A stretch of 24,000 bases of DNA from Dehalococcoidia bacterium (lineage in GTDB: Bacteria; Chloroflexota; Dehalococcoidia; Tepidiformales; Tepidiformaceae): contig JBJXFX010000002.1 in assembly GCA_046152925.1 (NCBI GenBank), forward strand, positions 1-24,000, written 5' to 3'. This document shows positions 1-7,981 of this stretch, piece after piece (the stretch's first letter is position 1; each line of letters opens with the position of its first letter). Position numbers and translations under genes: made by a program. The notes beneath the pieces were generated by a model. It worked only from the letters and a program-made list of their open reading frames with translations. It ran no database searches and was not told the origin of the DNA.

Positions 1-433
1 GGACGCGACCGCCGCCGCGCTCGCGGGCGGCGCCCCGGCGGTCGCCACGCCAGACGTCCGCGACGTGCTCGCCCGCATCCGGCCGGGAGACTACGTCGCG
101 ATCTGCGCCTATCTCCCGCGCGACACGGCCTCCATCACCAAGCTCCGCGCGCTGCGCCACCGCCTTCGCACCCGCTACGCGGCCGCGACGACGGTCGGCT
201 TCGGCCCGCGCTTCCTCCACTCGACCGGCCAGCTCCATAAAGGCGGCCCGGACTCCGCGGTCGTCCTGCAGCTGGTGGACGAGCCAGTCGCGGACCTGGC
301 GATCCCGGGTGCGGCCTACGGTTTCGCCGAGCTGCTCGCGGCGCAGGCCGCGGGCGACCTCGCGAGCCTCGTCGCGCGCGGCCGCAGGGTCGCCCGTGTG
401 TCCCTCCAGGAGCTGGAGGCCGCCCTGGCGTAG
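1..433 (+). CDS. C-terminal fragment of a glucose-6-phosphate isomerase-domain protein, as found in bifunctional transaldolase/PGI enzymes; the 5' end lies outside the window
   Basis: The frame is open from base 2 to TAG at 431-433. The motif GFGPRFLHSTGQLHKGGP matches what I recall from the PGI domain of transaldolase/PGI fusions. GC3 is high. Confidence 0.6.
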   Translation, partial: DATAAALAGGAPAVATPDVRDVLARIRPGDYVAICAYLPRDTASITKLRALRHRLRTRYAAATTVGFGPRFLHSTGQLHKGGPDSAVVLQLVDEPVADLAIPGAAYGFAELLAAQAAGDLASLVARGRRVARVSLQELEAALA

Positions 434-567
434 ATGGGCCCCTTCTCCCGCACACTCTGGTCAGACCGGTACGCCACCTGGCCCTCCGGCTTCCCCCGTC
501 CAGCACGCTACGCTCCGGCCGATGCACCTCACGCTTCCGTCACCAAGCCCGCGCAACCACCCCCTGA

Positions 568-631
568 ATGAGCCAAATGAGCCAAGGCTCATGAAATCGC
601 GATCATGAGCCTCAGGCTCATCCAGGCTCAC
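568..631. repeat. Array of six heptamer half-sites ATGAGCC/GGCTCAT in the order > > < (12 nt) > < <; it contains two perfect palindromes
   Basis: Read directly: ATGAGCC at 568-574, 577-583 and 605-611; GGCTCAT at 586-592 and 615-621; GGCTCAC at 625-631. The central spacer GAAATCGCGATC contains the palindrome ATCGCGAT. Confidence 0.9.
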
Positions 632-785
632 CGGGCGGACGAGCCGGGACATCCCCGGAGTGAGGGGCACATGCGCACGCTCATGGCGCCAAACCACCAC
701 GCCAATCCAGCGCACGCTCGCAGCGCAACGGGAGCCTCCCTCCCCGGATGCACCGGTAGACCGCTGCGGCGGGCGGGCCTAGCGT

Positions 786-1115
786 GTGGCCGTGCCCGTG
801 TCCGAATGGCGCCGGTTCGATGCCTACGAGGTGGCGAAGCTGCCACCCTCGCCGGGCGTCTTCGAGCTCGCCGACGCCGAAGGCCGCGTCCTCTTTATTG
901 GCATCGCGGGGACGAAGACGCGCGGGGGCCTCAAGGCGGCGCTGACCAAGGAGCTCCAAGCCCCCGGCGAGGCGTATCAGTTCCGCTACGAGCCGACGCC
1001 CCGCTACCTGCCCCGCGAGCAAGAGCTGCTGACGGCGTATGCGGTGGCCAATGGTGGCCTGCCGCCGGTGAACCGGGCGCGGGCGCGGAAACGCGCCGGT
1101 TTACCGCCAAAGTAG
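786..1115 (+). CDS. Hypothetical small protein with a GIY-YIG-like N-terminal motif (PGVFELADAEGRVLFIGIAG)
   Basis: 109-aa ORF with high GC3. The motif resembles the GIY...YIG beta-hairpin of the GIY-YIG superfamily. The start is uncertain: GTG 786, or GTG 792, which lies 6 nt after a TAGCGT box at 780-785. Confidence 0.5.
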   Translation: MAVPVSEWRRFDAYEVAKLPPSPGVFELADAEGRVLFIGIAGTKTRGGLKAALTKELQAPGEAYQFRYEPTPRYLPREQELLTAYAVANGGLPPVNRARARKRAGLPPK

Positions 1116-1409
1116 CGCCTCGCGGCCGAAATTCCTGTCATCCCCGCCCGCCTTCTGTGTCCTTCATAACAGCGCGGGCACGGTGTTCTGCCTATGCTGC
1201 GCGCGAGTTCCCGCCGCGGACCACGGCGAAGCTGGCGGAAGGAGGGGGCGCCGTCGAATTGACTCAAAGGGGGAGTCGCGGGAAAGGCTCTTGACAGAGG
1301 TCAAATGGCCTTGACGCGGTTCCGTACTGCACGCATGATGCAAACCATTCGCGGCCTGCGGGGCGGCGCCTTTGGCGTCCGCGGGCCCAGAGGGACAGGG
1401 AGGTCCTTT

Positions 1410-3485
1410 ATGTACAGACCCACACGCCCCCGGAGCTATGCGCTGCTCTTGGCGGGCCTCTTGGCCATCATCTCGATGGTGCCCCTAGCGCTGCGGGACC
1501 AGCAAGAGGCGAAAGCTATCGGCCCCGGCGTCGACCACAACTTCACGACGTTCAATGGGGCCGGTCTCGCGCCAGCCTACCCCGGCAACGTGACCGTCGC
1601 GGCGCAGTTCTATAGCTGCACGGGCTTCAACAACACGAACCCCTCGTGCGACACCGCGGCGAACTTTGGCGACATGCGCCGGGTTGAGATTCAGGACCAA
1701 AACCTGAGCACCGGCGGCCCAATCATCAACGACAGCAACGCCCCAGCCGGCGCCTTGGTTGAGCGCACAATCGACAGCCACTCTCGCGTCGTGTCCGGTG
1801 AAGGCCGCCACGAGATTTATACGATTGGCTGGGACAAGAACGTTGCGCTGACGGGCGACGGCGTTTCCAACGTGCAGGGGCCGTTCATCGTCTGGATCGA
1901 CCTGACCGACCCCACGGGGACATGGACGACAACGCCAGCCTTCACGACGGCCAACCCAGCCTTCTCGTTCACGACGGCCAACCCCGGCTTGGACCCAACG
2001 GCCATCGTTTCGGTGGAGTGCCGAGTCAACGGCAGCCCGTTTGCAGCCTGCGTCAGCCCCTTCGCGCCAGGCCCGCTCGCCGACGGAGCCCATCTCGTCC
2101 GCCTCCGCGTGACCGACGCGGCCGGCAACTTCTCGACGACCACGCACAACTTCATCGTCGACACGACCGCCCCGCAGACCACGTTCACCGGGGGCACGGC
2201 CTTCAGCGGTGCAGCCGGCGACGCGGTAGGCCCGTTCTTCACGAACACCAACGCGCCCTACACGTTCAACCTCGCCGCGCTCGACCCGAACCTGCCGAAC
2301 GCCTCGGACTCGAACTACTTCGAATGCTCGATGGATAGCGCCGTTGGCCCATGGTCGCCGTGCAACCCCGCCGAGCTCCAGGACTTCACAACCGTCCGCA
2401 CGACGAGCACCCACACGCACGCTGGCGCCCTCGCCGACGGCCTCCACACGCTCTATGCGAGCGCCTGGGACCGCGCAGGCAACGGCGACGCCAGCCGCGC
2501 GACCTACCAGCTCTTCATCGACCGGGTGAAGCCGGACACCACCATCTCGTCGGGCCCTGGCGCGTACGTAAACATCCTCGGGCCCTTCAACTTCACCCTC
2601 ACCGGGACCGACGCAGCCCCGTCCTCGGGCGTGGACTACTTCGAGTGCCGTCTCGATGGCGGCGCCTGGGCCCTCTGCTCGGGCGGCGGGATCAACGACA
2701 ACACCGTGACCAACCCCGGCACGCACACCATCGCCGGCCCGCTTGGGCTCGGCTGCCACACCCTGGAAGCCCGCGCAGAGGACCGCGCTGGCAACCTGGA
2801 AGACACGCTCGCTTCGTGGACCTGGTGCATCGACACGACGCCTCCGCTCGTGACGATCACGGCGAACCAGCAGCACTACACCGGCCCGGCCTACACGTTT
2901 GGCACCTGGTCGAAGTACAACGTCTTCGTCCACTTCGCCTGCGCTGAAGACCTCACCGACGCCAACTACGACTCGGGCATCGGCACGAACACCTTCCCGA
3001 ACGGCCCGCAGGCCTTCATCGTCGATGGCGTCTACAACATCAACGCCAACCCGGCCTGGAACTGCATCGACAAGGCGGGCAACTCCGCCGTCGGCACCAA
3101 CCCCGCCCTCCCGCTGGTCGTCAAGACCGACCAGACGAACCCGGTCTGCACCGTCAAGGGCAGCCCGACGTCGGTCAAGAAGACCGGCTCGACCAACGTG
3201 ACGATCTCGGCAGCTGAGAGCGACAAGACGAGTGGCATCGCCTCCGTCATCCTCAGCAAGCTCTACCTGAACGGCACGCAGATCGACACCCAGTCCGCAC
3301 CAGCGACTGGTCCGCAGCAGTTCGCCTACGTCAGTGGGTCGAACATCGGCGGCTCGCTCAACGGCTCGCTGACGGGCGTGTTCAAGTTCATCGGCGCCAA
3401 GCTCCGCAGCTGGACCGCCGAGGTGATCGCGACCGACAACGCCGGGAATACCCAGCTCTGCAAGCTCAAGATCAACGCCCGCTAA
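1410..3485 (+). CDS. Secreted or membrane-anchored protein made of Ig-like domain repeats, with tandem Cys-containing modules that carry a D-x-AGN motif
   Basis: ATG 1410 is preceded by GGGAGG at 1398-1403. The N-terminus is signal-like: RPRSYALLLAGLLAIISMVPLAL...AKA. At least three clear modules of about 100 aa have the pattern (F)EC-x-(V/L/M)(D/N)G...C...L-x-DG-x-H-x-L...D-x-AGN...(V/I)D-T/R-x-x-P. They start near nt 1917, 2181 and 2541, and two more degenerate copies follow. Confidence 0.85.
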   Translation: MYRPTRPRSYALLLAGLLAIISMVPLALRDQQEAKAIGPGVDHNFTTFNGAGLAPAYPGNVTVAAQFYSCTGFNNTNPSCDTAANFGDMRRVEIQDQNLSTGGPIINDSNAPAGALVERTIDSHSRVVSGEGRHEIYTIGWDKNVALTGDGVSNVQGPFIVWIDLTDPTGTWTTTPAFTTANPAFSFTTANPGLDPTAIVSVECRVNGSPFAACVSPFAPGPLADGAHLVRLRVTDAAGNFSTTTHNFIVDTTAPQTTFTGGTAFSGAAGDAVGPFFTNTNAPYTFNLAALDPNLPNASDSNYFECSMDSAVGPWSPCNPAELQDFTTVRTTSTHTHAGALADGLHTLYASAWDRAGNGDASRATYQLFIDRVKPDTTISSGPGAYVNILGPFNFTLTGTDAAPSSGVDYFECRLDGGAWALCSGGGINDNTVTNPGTHTIAGPLGLGCHTLEARAEDRAGNLEDTLASWTWCIDTTPPLVTITANQQHYTGPAYTFGTWSKYNVFVHFACAEDLTDANYDSGIGTNTFPNGPQAFIVDGVYNINANPAWNCIDKAGNSAVGTNPALPLVVKTDQTNPVCTVKGSPTSVKKTGSTNVTISAAESDKTSGIASVILSKLYLNGTQIDTQSAPATGPQQFAYVSGSNIGGSLNGSLTGVFKFIGAKLRSWTAEVIATDNAGNTQLCKLKINAR

Positions 3486-3510
3486 CCGCGGTCGAACATC
3501 ACCAACACGA

Positions 3511-3550
3511 AGAGGCCCGCCCCGGAGCACCGGGGCGGGCCTCTTTCGTT
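3511..3550 (+). terminator. Rho-independent terminator after the Ig-repeat gene
   Basis: The 15-bp GC-rich stem AGAGGCCCGCCCCGG / CCGGGGCGGGCCTCT has loop AGCA and is followed by TTCGTT. Confidence 0.85.
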
Positions 3551-3751
3551 GTCCGGGCGATGTCGAACGCAATTCGGCAATCCGCCCTTCGCCGGAGCAG
3601 GCAGTGCCCTTCCGTCTGATTGCACGCTCGGCGGGAAGCCTCACCCCGGATTCGGCCCGACGCCCGGCGGCGCGCGCCCCTGTTCGCGGCACCATGGAGT
3701 CATCCCCGAGGGGAGCAGCCCTCGGGACACTTCTTGGAGAGGTCCACCACG

Positions 3752-4594
3752 ATGTACGAAGCCCACGCCCCGGCGATCCACCACGCACCACAAATGGTCA
3801 CCCCCGACACCTACGTCATCCGGCAGCTCTTCGGCGAAGGGACCGCCCCCGTCGGCGTCTACGTCAACGCGATGGTGATCAAAGCGAAAGAGCCGGTGAT
3901 CGTTGATACCGGCACGTTCAGCAACCGCGAAGCCTACCTTCGCGACATCTTCAGCCTCGTCGACCCCAAGGATGTCCGCTGGATCTTCCTCTCGCAGGAC
4001 GACCACGACCACGTCGGCAACGCGGAGCTCCTGATGCAGCTCTGCCCCAACGCGACGCTGGTGACCACCTGGTTCATGCTCGAGCGCCTGGCGGGCGACT
4101 ACGAGTTCCCCCTGAACCGCGTCCGTTGGATGAACGATGGCGACGCCCTGCACGTTGGGGACCGCACGCTCTACGCGGTCCGCCCGCCGGTCTATGACAC
4201 GCCGACGACTCGCGGCCTGTTCGACGCCAAAACGGGCGTCTATTGGGCGAGCGACGCCTTCGGGACCCCCGTCCTTGAGGCGACCGAGGACGTCGGCGAC
4301 CTCGACAAGGCGTTCTGGGACGAAGGCTTCTCGGGACTCCAGCGGATCATCTCGCCGTGGTTCGAAATCGCGGACGCGGGGAAGTTCAACAAGACGGTGG
4401 ACACTGTCGCGAATCTCCAGCCTAAGGTGATCGCCACCGGCCATGGTCCGCTGATTACGGGCGCCAACGTCGCGGAGTCGATGAAGATGATGCGCGAGAT
4501 CATCGGGCAGCCGGCGGCGCCGCTCCTCGGCCAAGCCGACCTGGAGGCGCTCATCGCCGCGACCATGGTGGCGCCAGCGAAGAAGGCGGCCTAA
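3752..4594 (+). CDS. MBL-fold metallo-hydrolase family protein
   Basis: ATG 3752 is preceded by GGAGAGG. The beta-lactamase-fold layout is visible (VIVDTG..., IFLSQDDHDHVGN, ATGHGP). The metal motif is atypical: QDDHDH where HxHxDH or HxExDH is expected. Confidence 0.8.
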   Translation: MYEAHAPAIHHAPQMVTPDTYVIRQLFGEGTAPVGVYVNAMVIKAKEPVIVDTGTFSNREAYLRDIFSLVDPKDVRWIFLSQDDHDHVGNAELLMQLCPNATLVTTWFMLERLAGDYEFPLNRVRWMNDGDALHVGDRTLYAVRPPVYDTPTTRGLFDAKTGVYWASDAFGTPVLEATEDVGDLDKAFWDEGFSGLQRIISPWFEIADAGKFNKTVDTVANLQPKVIATGHGPLITGANVAESMKMMREIIGQPAAPLLGQADLEALIAATMVAPAKKAA

Positions 4595-4633
4595 CGGGGA
4601 GGGCGCAGCTCCCCAGAGGCCAGCACCCTCCCG

Positions 4634-4668
4634 AAGGGGCGGGGCGCACGATGCGTCCCGCCCCTTTT
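4634..4668. terminator. Bidirectional stem-loop terminator between convergent genes
   Basis: AAGGGGCGGGGCGCA / TGCGTCCCGCCCCTT forms a 15-bp stem with one mismatch. TTTT flanks it on the + side and it sits between the stop codons at 4594 (+) and 4704 (-). Confidence 0.75.
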
Positions 4669-4703
4669 GGGTTGCATGAGGACGCAACGGCTCGCGCGAG
4701 CGG

Positions 4704-5162
4704 CTACGCCCGGATGAAGCTGCGGCCGCCCTCGCCGGCGGGGAGGACGCGGACGACACGGTCCCGCGTATCGGGTTCGACGCCAAGCGCTTCCATCGCG
4801 AGCGCGCCGAACAGGGGCCGCGCTCCTGCCGCAAGCTCGAGCACTTCGACCACGGCGCCCCGCCCTTGGAACTCCGCGCGCGCGTGTTTGAACACCCGCA
4901 ATGTGACGATCCCAGTCGGCGTCTCGACCGGGACTTCGCGGTCGAGGGGGAGGCCAAGGTCGGCGATCACCGAAGCGGGCAAGCAAAGGTGCGAGGCACC
5001 AGTGTCCATCAGAACGTCATCCAACAGGGCGCTCCGCACCGTCGTCCTGTTCGCTCCATGGCTCCGGGCGACGAGGTCGTCGTCGTTCACGACTGCAAAC
5101 GAAATGAAGACTTGACCCATCTCCGCCCCGGCAACCGGTGGTTGGGTGAGCACGCTCGCCAT
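4704..5162 (-). CDS. Retropepsin-like (clan AA) aspartic protease, small single-domain bacterial type
   Basis: It has the catalytic DTGAS motif (LMDTGASHLCLP) and is about 140-150 aa. I prefer ATG 5162 as the start because a TATACT box (reverse complement of 5169-5174) lies 6 nt upstream. The alternative is ATG 5120 (MGQVFISF...). Confidence 0.75.
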   Translation of the reverse strand: MASVLTQPPVAGAEMGQVFISFAVVNDDDLVARSHGANRTTVRSALLDDVLMDTGASHLCLPASVIADLGLPLDREVPVETPTGIVTLRVFKHARAEFQGRGAVVEVLELAAGARPLFGALAMEALGVEPDTRDRVVRVLPAGEGGRSFIRA

Positions 5163-5263
5163 CGCACCAGTATAGCCGCTCTGGAGCCGCGGCCGACCAG
5201 GCGACGCACCGCCTCTGGCTCCGTATACTTGCCGACCATCCAGTTTTGCGGAGCACCTTCCCA

Positions 5264-6211
5264 ATGGAATTCAAGAACATCGGCAGTTCGGGCCTTCAGG
5301 TCAGCATCGTCGGCCTCGGCTGCAACAACTTCGGCATGCGGATCGACCTCGACCAGACGAAGGTCGTCGTCAACACGGCCCTCGACGCAGGGATTAACTT
5401 CTTCGACACGGCCGACGTCTATGGCGGGAACGGCAAGAGCGAGGAGTTCCTCGGCCAGGCGCTCGGCGGCCGCCGCCACGAAGTCGTGGTCGCGACCAAG
5501 TTCGGCATGGCGATGGGCCAGGGCCAACACCTCCAGGGCGGCGCCAGCCGCCGCTACGTCATCGCCGCCACCGAGGCCAGCCTGCGGCGCCTCGGGACCG
5601 ACTACATCGACCTCCTCCAGGTCCACTTCCCCGACGCGAAGACGCCAATCGAGGAGACCCTGCGCGCGCTCGACGACCTCGTCCGCGCGGGCAAAGTGCG
5701 CTACATCGGGAGCTCGAACCTGAGCGGCTGGCAGGCGCTGGAGGCCCATTTCGTCGCCAAGCAGGCCGGCCTCACGCAGTACATCTCGGCCCAGAACGAG
5801 TACAACCTTCTCCTCCGTGGGATCGAAGGCGACCTCGTGCCGGTCGCGCAGAAGTACGGCATCGGCGTCCTGCCCTACTTCCCGCTCGCCAGCGGCTTCC
5901 TGACAGGCAAGTACAAGCGCGGGGAAGAGGCCCCGGCGGGGACGCGCTTCGGCGAGTGGTTCAAGGGCCCCTACGGCGCCCGCACGATCAACGACCGGAA
6001 CTTCGACATCCTCGAAAAGCTCCAGGCGTTCGCCGAAGCGCGCGGCAAGACGGTGCTCGAAGCCGCCTTGAGCTGGCTGGCGTGCAAGCCGTACATCCCC
6101 AGCGTGATCAACGGCGCCACCAAGCCGGAACAGATCAAGCAGAACGTCGAAGCAGCGAGTTGGAAGCTCAGCTCCGAAGAGATGGCCGAAATCGACGGCC
6201 TCGCGAAGTAG
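5264..6211 (+). CDS. Aldo/keto reductase family oxidoreductase
   Basis: MEFKNIGSSGLQVSIVGLGCNNFG, FFDTADVYG and the overall length are typical of the AKR family. GGAG lies 10 nt upstream of the ATG, and a TATACT box is at 5224-5229. Confidence 0.92.
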   Translation: MEFKNIGSSGLQVSIVGLGCNNFGMRIDLDQTKVVVNTALDAGINFFDTADVYGGNGKSEEFLGQALGGRRHEVVVATKFGMAMGQGQHLQGGASRRYVIAATEASLRRLGTDYIDLLQVHFPDAKTPIEETLRALDDLVRAGKVRYIGSSNLSGWQALEAHFVAKQAGLTQYISAQNEYNLLLRGIEGDLVPVAQKYGIGVLPYFPLASGFLTGKYKRGEEAPAGTRFGEWFKGPYGARTINDRNFDILEKLQAFAEARGKTVLEAALSWLACKPYIPSVINGATKPEQIKQNVEAASWKLSSEEMAEIDGLAK

Positions 6212-6241
6212 CAAGCACGCCCGTTCCCGCCTCGGAAGGCG

Positions 6242-6280
6242 CGAGAGGGGCCGTACGCCGGACCTGTACGGCCCCTCTCG
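6242..6280 (+). terminator. Strong stem-loop downstream of the AKR gene; probably a terminator, though it lacks a U-tract
   Basis: CGAGAGGGGCCGTAC / GTACGGCCCCTCTCG forms a perfect 15-bp stem with a 9-nt loop, 30 nt after the stop codon. Confidence 0.5.
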
Positions 6281-6414
6281 GTGCCTGCGCCGCCCGCATT
6301 GGCCGCGATTGAGCGGACAAGCCGAGGACCAGGTGTAAATTCGGCTGGCCAACCAGTTTCCGGGCACGCCAGTGGCACGTATACTTCCGCCCACATCACC
6401 CGGAGGGATCCCTC

Positions 6415-7257
6415 GTGGCCGAAGCGCCAACCTTGAACACCGTCGCCTGCGACGTGCCGCGTCCCGCGGTCGCCCGCATCACCATGAACCGCCCTGAGCG
6501 CCGCAACGCCCAGGACACGGAGATGACCTACGAGCTCAACGAGGCGTTCGACTGGGCCAACCAGGACGACGACATCAAGGTCATCCTCCTGGCCGGCGCC
6601 GGGCCCCACTTCTCCTCGGGCCACGACATGCGCGGCGGCGGCGGCCGCACAATCGCCGACTTCAAGACGATGGGCACCTGGGCCGGCTTCAACAAGAAGG
6701 GCGCCGAGGGCATGATGGCCCGCGAGGAGGAAATCTACCTCCAGTCATGCGTGCGCTGGCGCAACCTGATGAAGCCGACGATGGCGATGGTCCAGGGCAA
6801 GTGCATCGCGGGCGGCCTGATGCTCGCCTGGGCGATGGACATCATTATCGCGAGCGAAGACGCCGCCTTCATGGACCCGACGGTCGGCTTCGGCGTGAAC
6901 GGCGTGGAGTACTTCATGCACCCGTGGGAGCTCGGCGCCCGCAAGGCGAAGGAGTTCCTCTTCACCAGCGACTGGCTCACCGCGCAGGAAGCGAAGGAAG
7001 CCGGGATGGTCAACCGTGTCGTCCCCCGCGACCAGCTCGAGGAGTACACCCTGGCGATGGCCGAGCGGATCGCGAGCAAGCCGTCGTTCGCGCTCAAGGT
7101 CTCGAAGCTCTCGATCAACCAGATGCTTGAGGCCCAGGGCCAGCAGGTCGCGCTGAGCGCGGCCATGAGCCTCCAAGAGCTCGCACACAGCCACAACCAC
7201 TGGGTGTTCGGCACGGGCGTCGACCCGTCGGGCATCCCGGACGCCGTGAAGCGGTAG
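6415..7257 (+). CDS. Enoyl-CoA hydratase/isomerase (crotonase) family protein
   Basis: GTG start with GGAGGG upstream. The crotonase signature is present (VILLAGAGPHFSSGHDM, oxyanion-hole region) and the length is 280 aa. Confidence 0.9.
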   Translation: MAEAPTLNTVACDVPRPAVARITMNRPERRNAQDTEMTYELNEAFDWANQDDDIKVILLAGAGPHFSSGHDMRGGGGRTIADFKTMGTWAGFNKKGAEGMMAREEEIYLQSCVRWRNLMKPTMAMVQGKCIAGGLMLAWAMDIIIASEDAAFMDPTVGFGVNGVEYFMHPWELGARKAKEFLFTSDWLTAQEAKEAGMVNRVVPRDQLEEYTLAMAERIASKPSFALKVSKLSINQMLEAQGQQVALSAAMSLQELAHSHNHWVFGTGVDPSGIPDAVKR

Positions 7258-7330
7258 TCCGAAGCCTGCAAAACGCGATGCGCGGCCCTCATGCCTCAGC
7301 TATGCTGGTGGGCATGAGGGCCGTTTCGTT
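7212..7330. repeat. Direct repeat copy 1: the 3' end of the enoyl-CoA hydratase gene plus its terminator hairpin
   Basis: 7212-7301 matches 7843-7932 at 88 of 90 positions. The next ~29 nt are diverged but still alignable. The region contains the hairpin GGCCCTCATGCC...GGCATGAGGGCC. Confidence 0.95.
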
Positions 7331-7568
7331 CCGCTACGCACAAGAGAACCTGGAAACCACATTGGACCGCGTCCGCGACGATTGTGAACCCGTGATCATC
7401 ACCCGCGAAGGCGACGACGCCTACATCGTGCTCACTCTGCAGGAATACAACCGCCTCGAAGAGACCGCGCACCTTCAGCGGAGCCCAGCCAACGCCGCAC
7501 ACCTCCAGCGTGCGCGCACACAAACGGAACGGGGCGAAGCCCGCGAGCGGGCGATTGACCTCGGGTGA
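7314..7568 (+). CDS. yefM: Type II antitoxin, Phd/YefM family
   Basis: MRAVSFRYAQENLETTLDRVRDDCEPVIITREGDDAYIVLTLQEYNRLEETAHL is a typical YefM fold sequence. Its stop overlaps the toxin start (GTGA at 7565-7568). A TATGCT box lies 7 nt upstream of the ATG. Confidence 0.85.
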   Translation: MRAVSFRYAQENLETTLDRVRDDCEPVIITREGDDAYIVLTLQEYNRLEETAHLQRSPANAAHLQRARTQTERGEARERAIDLG

Positions 7569-7888
7569 GGCTCACGTTCACGGAGTCTGGCTGGAGCGAC
7601 TACGGGTACTGGTTCGAGACGGACCCGGCGGTCACGCGGAGGATCCACGCGCTCCTGCGTGACGCCCTGCGAACGCCCACCTCGGGCATCGGCAAGCCAG
7701 AACGACTTCGTGGGAACCTCTCGGGCCGATGGAGCCGGCGGATCACGGGGGAGCATCGGATGGTCTATGCCATCGAGGGCGACGAGGTGGTGATCGAGTC
7801 GTTACGCTACCACTACAGGCCCGAAAGGGCGGTCACCATCCTCACGGGCGTCGACGCGTCGGGCATCCCGGACGCCGTGAAGCGGTAG
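7565..7888 (+). CDS. yoeB: YoeB/Txe-family toxin (ribosome-dependent mRNA interferase) with a non-native 23-aa C-terminal extension
   Basis: It aligns by eye with E. coli YoeB along the full length (WSDYGYWFETD, GKPERLRGNLSGRWSRRITGEHRMVY, RYHY). The canonical C-terminus RYHY ends at 7816. The ORF continues to TAG 7886-7888, inside the duplicated hydratase 3' end. Confidence 0.9.
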   Translation: MRLTFTESGWSDYGYWFETDPAVTRRIHALLRDALRTPTSGIGKPERLRGNLSGRWSRRITGEHRMVYAIEGDEVVIESLRYHYRPERAVTILTGVDASGIPDAVKR

Positions 7889-7961
7889 TCCGAAGCCTGC
7901 AAAACGCTATGCGCGGCCCTCATGCCTCAGCTCTGCAGATGGCGTGGGGGCCGCTTCGTTT
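7843..7961. repeat. Direct repeat copy 2: duplicated hydratase 3' end and a degraded terminator
   Basis: See copy 1. The offset is 631 bp. The hairpin arm is degraded in this copy. Confidence 0.95.
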
Positions 7962-7981
7962 GTGGCCGCCGTCAGCCGGCC

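Noticed and set aside
605-1294. 229-aa ORF starting inside the heptamer array and running through the GIY-YIG-like gene in another frame
   Set aside because: Its composition is low in complexity and Arg/Ala-rich. It overlaps a better-supported ORF, and its ATG is just one of the ATGAGCC repeat units.
1485-3791. 768-aa ORF on the minus strand, antisense to the Ig-repeat gene. Similar long antisense ORFs lie at 3641-4957 (-), 5087-6430 (-), 10283-11878 (+), 16548-17531 (-), 17399-19060 (-) and 21337-22875 (+).
   Set aside because: These are typical high-GC artefacts. Their translations are Arg/Ala/Gly/Pro-rich and low in complexity with no recognisable motifs. The opposite strand in each case encodes a protein with clear family signatures and proper SD or leaderless starts.
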